DNA of 64,000 nt from Planctomycetes bacterium UBA1146 (GTDB lineage Bacteria; Planctomycetota; UBA8108; UBA1146). The notes under the pieces were generated by a model. That model was not told where the DNA came from. It made no database searches and saw only the letters and a program-made list of their open reading frames with translations. Both the position numbers and the translations under genes were made by a program. Of this stretch, positions 60,313-64,000 are shown piece after piece (within the stretch, counting starts at the first letter, position 1; each line of letters starts with the position of its first letter). Location of the stretch: positions 14,532-78,531 of the forward strand of contig DCAA01000006.1 of assembly GCA_002311345.1 (NCBI GenBank), written 5' to 3'.

Positions 60313-61785
60313 TTGAGTTCTCAGGATAGTTCAGCCACCACCGTCGAGGAAGTCTGGGAACGACTTCAAATCGTCATCACATCAACCATCGGGGAGATGA
60401 GATTGAAGAGGTGGTTCCAGAATGTAACTCCTCTGGAGGTGACCGATGGTGTGCTTCAACTGGAAGTACCATCCCGCACCGCACTGGATTGGATCGAGAA
60501 CAACTACGGTGAGATTCTGTCCCTGGCAGCACGCCAGGCGGGACTCGAATCGATCCAGTTGATTCCTCAGAGGGGATCATCTCGAGTATCTGCCGAGCAG
60601 TTCGACAGTGAGTCTGGAGCGATCAACCGCAGGCCTCCCGGCCGCGGATCAGCGGTAGTTGTCAGGGAACTGGAGTTCGCGCCGGATCCGCCAAACGGTA
60701 CCGATCCAGCCGACCATGTCACCAGTTGGACGCCTAACGCCCGTATTTCTGTTGTTTCTGGAGGAGCTGCGGGATTGCGCAAGGATCTCACTCTTGAACG
60801 GTTCGTGGTCGGGACATCAAATCGGGTTGCCTATTCGGCGGCCCTCGAGATCCTGCGGACTCCGGGCCTCTCCTTCAATCCACTCTTCTTGCACGGCGGA
60901 CCTGGACTGGGAAAGACGCATCTGCTCCAGGCGATCACCAAGAAGTTTTTCATCCAGGGAGAGCGTGAGATTCGCTACGTGCAATGCGAGTCATTCGTTC
61001 ATCAGTTTGTTCGCGCTCTTCGACAGCGCTCCCTCGATAGATTCCGGTCCAGTTTTCGAGAACTGAAGGTTCTCGTCATCGATGACGTCCAGATGATCGC
61101 GGGTAAGAGGAGTAGCCAACAGGAACTTCTCGAGACTGTCGATGCCATCGCCATTCAAGGTGGACAGGTATTGCTCGCCAGCGATGCTCCGCCGAAAAAA
61201 CTGGTGCATCTGCATCAACAGTTACAGAATCGTTTCTCCGCAGGCCTTGTGGCGCGCGTTGACCCCCCTGACATGGAAACCAGGGTGAGCATTCTCAAGC
61301 AGGAAGTGATGCGTAGCGGCGTTCAGGTGCCTTCCGAGGTGCTGCGACACATCGCCGATACGGTGCGTCTCAGTGTTCGAGAGTTGCTGGGTGCTCTGGT
61401 GAGAGTGGTGGCCGAATGCGAACTCTCTGGATCTGAAGTCACCATGTTGCGGACACGGGCGATCCTGGAACCGATCTCGGCGGTGTCCAAACGGCGAATC
61501 GTGGTCGAGGACATCGTTGAACGGGTCGCGGTTCGCTGGGGAGTGCCTCCGGAGGAGATCTTGTCTCGTTCGCGCACGCGCAACACTTCGATGGCCAGGA
61601 GCGTGGCCACTTATCTGGCCCGGGTTCTTACCGATTATTCTCTGGCAGAGATCGGTGAGCAACTGGGAGGCCGATCTCACGCGACCACGAGTAGTTCCTA
61701 CCGCAAGATTCAACGTCTCATCTCGCGGGATGATTCCCTACGCCAAGAAGTGGAACGTCTCGTGAGAGATCTTCGCGGTGGATGA
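60313..61785 (+). CDS. dnaA: Chromosomal replication initiator protein DnaA, with a TTG start codon.
   Basis: AAA+ Walker A (LFLHGGPGLGKTHLLQAI), box VII, and the C-terminal DNA-binding domain (SRSRTRNTSMARSVATYLARVLTDYSLAEIGEQLGGRSHATTSSSYRKI). The ORF's first codon is TTG at 60313-60315. Confidence 0.85.
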   Translation: MSSQDSSATTVEEVWERLQIVITSTIGEMRLKRWFQNVTPLEVTDGVLQLEVPSRTALDWIENNYGEILSLAARQAGLESIQLIPQRGSSRVSAEQFDSESGAINRRPPGRGSAVVVRELEFAPDPPNGTDPADHVTSWTPNARISVVSGGAAGLRKDLTLERFVVGTSNRVAYSAALEILRTPGLSFNPLFLHGGPGLGKTHLLQAITKKFFIQGEREIRYVQCESFVHQFVRALRQRSLDRFRSSFRELKVLVIDDVQMIAGKRSSQQELLETVDAIAIQGGQVLLASDAPPKKLVHLHQQLQNRFSAGLVARVDPPDMETRVSILKQEVMRSGVQVPSEVLRHIADTVRLSVRELLGALVRVVAECELSGSEVTMLRTRAILEPISAVSKRRIVVEDIVERVAVRWGVPPEEILSRSRTRNTSMARSVATYLARVLTDYSLAEIGEQLGGRSHATTSSSYRKIQRLISRDDSLRQEVERLVRDLRGG

Positions 61786-63983
61786 GAAGAGCAGTGATGG
61801 TCGGAACAACATCTGACTCTCACCGCGACGATCCTCTGGCCGAGGATACGGCAGAAGATCTTCTGCTGGCACCCCTGCACTCCTTGCGAGGAATCGGTCC
61901 TGCGATCTCCGATCGACTGGCACGAATCGGCCTTTCGACCATCGGAGATCTTCTCCATCACTTCCCGAGCCGCCATGAAGATCTGGTCATCCACGGTTCT
62001 ATCCGGGATGTGCCCGATGGCGAGCGCCGTAGCATCTACGGCAAGGTAGAGCAGGATCCAAATTGGATTTCATCGGGGCGAGGACGCTGGCAGACGAGCC
62101 TGATCTCGCTCGATGAGCCCGAAGTGGAGGTCACGCTGCAGTGGTTCCATTCTGGACGTTACCGTCCCCCCATCGGTGCGAACTGGCAGGGGTGGGTAAC
62201 CGGTCCGATCCGGCAATTTCGCGCCCCGGTGATGACGCATCCATCACTGGCGCGCAGCCAGCAGAGGGAACCGATCCCGCCGGGACATGGTCAGATCGTC
62301 TCGGTCTATCCCTCGACCGAGGGGATCACCCAGGATCTTCTGCGTCGTTCGATCCAGCAGATCCTGGAAATTGCAGATCTCGATCTCGATCACGATCTTC
62401 CGCCGATCATCGGTTCGTCTCGAAGTTTGCTCGCCATCTACTCGGGATTTCATCGACCTGCCTCGGCAGCCGAGTACGAGACGTGTCGGGCTCTACTGGC
62501 ACAAATCGAGATGTATCTCCACGCCATCGGCCAAGCACGAGCAAGGGCTGCACGACAGGCTCGCAAGGTCGATCCGATCATGGTGACTGCAGAACTGGAG
62601 GAGAGGATTCTTGCTCGATTCCCCTACTCGCTCACTCGAGCGCAGCAGCAGGTGATCGAGGAGATTCGATCGGATCTCGCGGCAGGATTTCCGATGGCTC
62701 GGTTGGTCCAGGGAGACGTTGGCAGCGGTAAGACCGCGCTGGCGATCTGGACCTTGCTGGTGGTGGTTGCCGCTGGCCGACAGGGAGCGTTGATCGCGCC
62801 GACGATGACTCTGGCTCAACAACATAGAGATACTCTCGAGCAATATCTTGCTGGATCTCGAGTTGAAGTGGCACTGGTGGTTGCCGGGAGTACTGCCGAG
62901 CAACGAGAATTGGTCACCACCGGAAAGGCATCCGTGGTGGTGGGAACTCACGCTCTGCTGTCTGAGACGATGGAATTTGCTGATCTGGCGCTGGTCGTGG
63001 TTGACGAGGAACAGAGATTCGGTGTCCAGCAACGTCAGGAGATGGCCCACAAGGGCGAAGACGTGCATCGATTGCACCTCTCTGCGACGCCGATTCCAAG
63101 AAGCCTGGCGCTCGCCATCCGGGGAGATTTTGATCTCTCACGAGTTTCCGAGCGTCCTCCGTCGCGGCCTCCGGTGCTAACCCGCGAGGTCGTCTCCGAG
63201 AAATTCGATGATGCGCTGCAGTTCCTGGAGAAAGAGGTGAGCGCTGGAAACCGGATCCTGTTCGTCGTCCCTCGCATAGACGAGGGGGACGGGGACGATC
63301 CGGTCGGGGTCGAACAACTGGCGACTCGGCTGAGGGATTCAACAATCGGGTATGTCGGCATCGGTTCTCTTCACGGTCGACTTCCCGCCCAACAGCAGGT
63401 AACCACGATGAGAGCCTTCCGCGACGGGCAGACTCCGGTGCTGGTGGCGACCAGCATCGTGGAGGTGGGGCTCGATGTTCCGGAACTGACCGTATTGTGG
63501 ATCGAACAGGCCGAGCGCTTCGGGCTGGCGCAACTCCACCAGTTGCGGGGGCGGGTTGGGCGCAGTGAGCGACCCTCGTGGTGCTTCTTCACCGTTGGCA
63601 ATGACACGGACGAATCCAGGCAGCGTCTGCAGGCGTTCCTGGAGGAAGACGACGGCTTCCGGATCGCCGAGCGCGATCTCCTGCTCAGGGGAGGAGGGGA
63701 CGCCCAGGGAGCGCGCCAGAGCGGGCCCAGCGGATTTCAACTCGCCCGCCCGCTCGAGGATTTGCCCGCTTTCCAGGCTCTTGCTCGGGCTGCTGCAGAA
63801 CAACTCGAACAGGGCGCGGACCCGCCCGAGGGACGACTACTCGAGCGCCTGGGCCGGTATCTGGGGCCGCTCAAAGATCTCACTGAGGGGCATGGCACCG
63901 TCATCGACCCCTTGCCGGAGCAGGGGACTGGGATACAATCCGGGTGCAGGGCGGATGATCCCGATAAGGGCCCCTCGCGCTGA
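61782..63983 (+). CDS. recG: ATP-dependent DNA helicase RecG.
   Basis: Wedge domain and helicase motifs (LVQGDVGSGKTALAIW, VVDEEQRFGVQQR, LSATPIPRSLA, QLHQLRGRVGR). It overlaps the dnaA stop by ATGA. Confidence 0.85.
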   Translation: MRRAVMVGTTSDSHRDDPLAEDTAEDLLLAPLHSLRGIGPAISDRLARIGLSTIGDLLHHFPSRHEDLVIHGSIRDVPDGERRSIYGKVEQDPNWISSGRGRWQTSLISLDEPEVEVTLQWFHSGRYRPPIGANWQGWVTGPIRQFRAPVMTHPSLARSQQREPIPPGHGQIVSVYPSTEGITQDLLRRSIQQILEIADLDLDHDLPPIIGSSRSLLAIYSGFHRPASAAEYETCRALLAQIEMYLHAIGQARARAARQARKVDPIMVTAELEERILARFPYSLTRAQQQVIEEIRSDLAAGFPMARLVQGDVGSGKTALAIWTLLVVVAAGRQGALIAPTMTLAQQHRDTLEQYLAGSRVEVALVVAGSTAEQRELVTTGKASVVVGTHALLSETMEFADLALVVVDEEQRFGVQQRQEMAHKGEDVHRLHLSATPIPRSLALAIRGDFDLSRVSERPPSRPPVLTREVVSEKFDDALQFLEKEVSAGNRILFVVPRIDEGDGDDPVGVEQLATRLRDSTIGYVGIGSLHGRLPAQQQVTTMRAFRDGQTPVLVATSIVEVGLDVPELTVLWIEQAERFGLAQLHQLRGRVGRSERPSWCFFTVGNDTDESRQRLQAFLEEDDGFRIAERDLLLRGGGDAQGARQSGPSGFQLARPLEDLPAFQALARAAAEQLEQGADPPEGRLLERLGRYLGPLKDLTEGHGTVIDPLPEQGTGIQSGCRADDPDKGPSR

Positions 63984-64000
63984 TCTGATAGGGGATTCGA

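Noticed and set aside
1-64000. Search for a CRISPR array, transposase, integrase, prophage or rRNA.
   Set aside because: No direct-repeat/spacer periodicity, no DDE, tyrosine or serine recombinase-like ORFs, no phage structural genes and no rRNA-like conserved stretches were seen. The tandem HExxH genes are a paralogous duplication, not a mobile element.

Overview
This 64 kb window has high GC content and is densely coded, with about 45 genes and no rRNA, CRISPR array or mobile element. Many gene junctions overlap by 4 nt (ATGA), which suggests translational coupling. The gene content resembles a Planctomycetota-like chromosome: GspG-type pseudopilins with prepilin-like N-termini, a dockerin-tailed FG-GAP β-propeller protein, a large NAD-specific glutamate dehydrogenase, giant secreted repeat proteins, and a Rho with a basic N-terminal extension.

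Recognisable housekeeping genes are uvrB, nadC, accB-accC, etfB-etfA, an RluA-family pseudouridine synthase, rho, coaE, polA, tatC, cinA, an MnmC-type methyltransferase, dnaA (TTG start) followed by recG, and one tRNA-Cys(GCA).

Four less usual loci stand out:
- **Envelope operon, ~10 kb on the minus strand (26855-36993).** A 1669-aa PQQ-propeller/TPR/CBM9-like giant protein and a lipoprotein made of ~16 aromatic-Pro repeats are ATGA-coupled to each other, and MlaE-MlaF-MlaD plus a CaCA antiporter follow, all co-oriented. There is no MlaA, MlaB or MlaC in the cluster.
- **uvrB-abutted cluster on the plus strand (14243-21136).** A membrane pseudokinase lacking the HRD and DFG motifs is followed by two tandem paralogous secreted HExxH metallopeptidase-like proteins.
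- **TatC with a ~230-aa insertion** in its first periplasmic loop.
- **A membrane-anchored coiled-coil protein with a C-terminal BRCT domain**, divergent from polA.

An FHA-GAF histidine kinase and a REC response regulator form an overlapping two-component pair.
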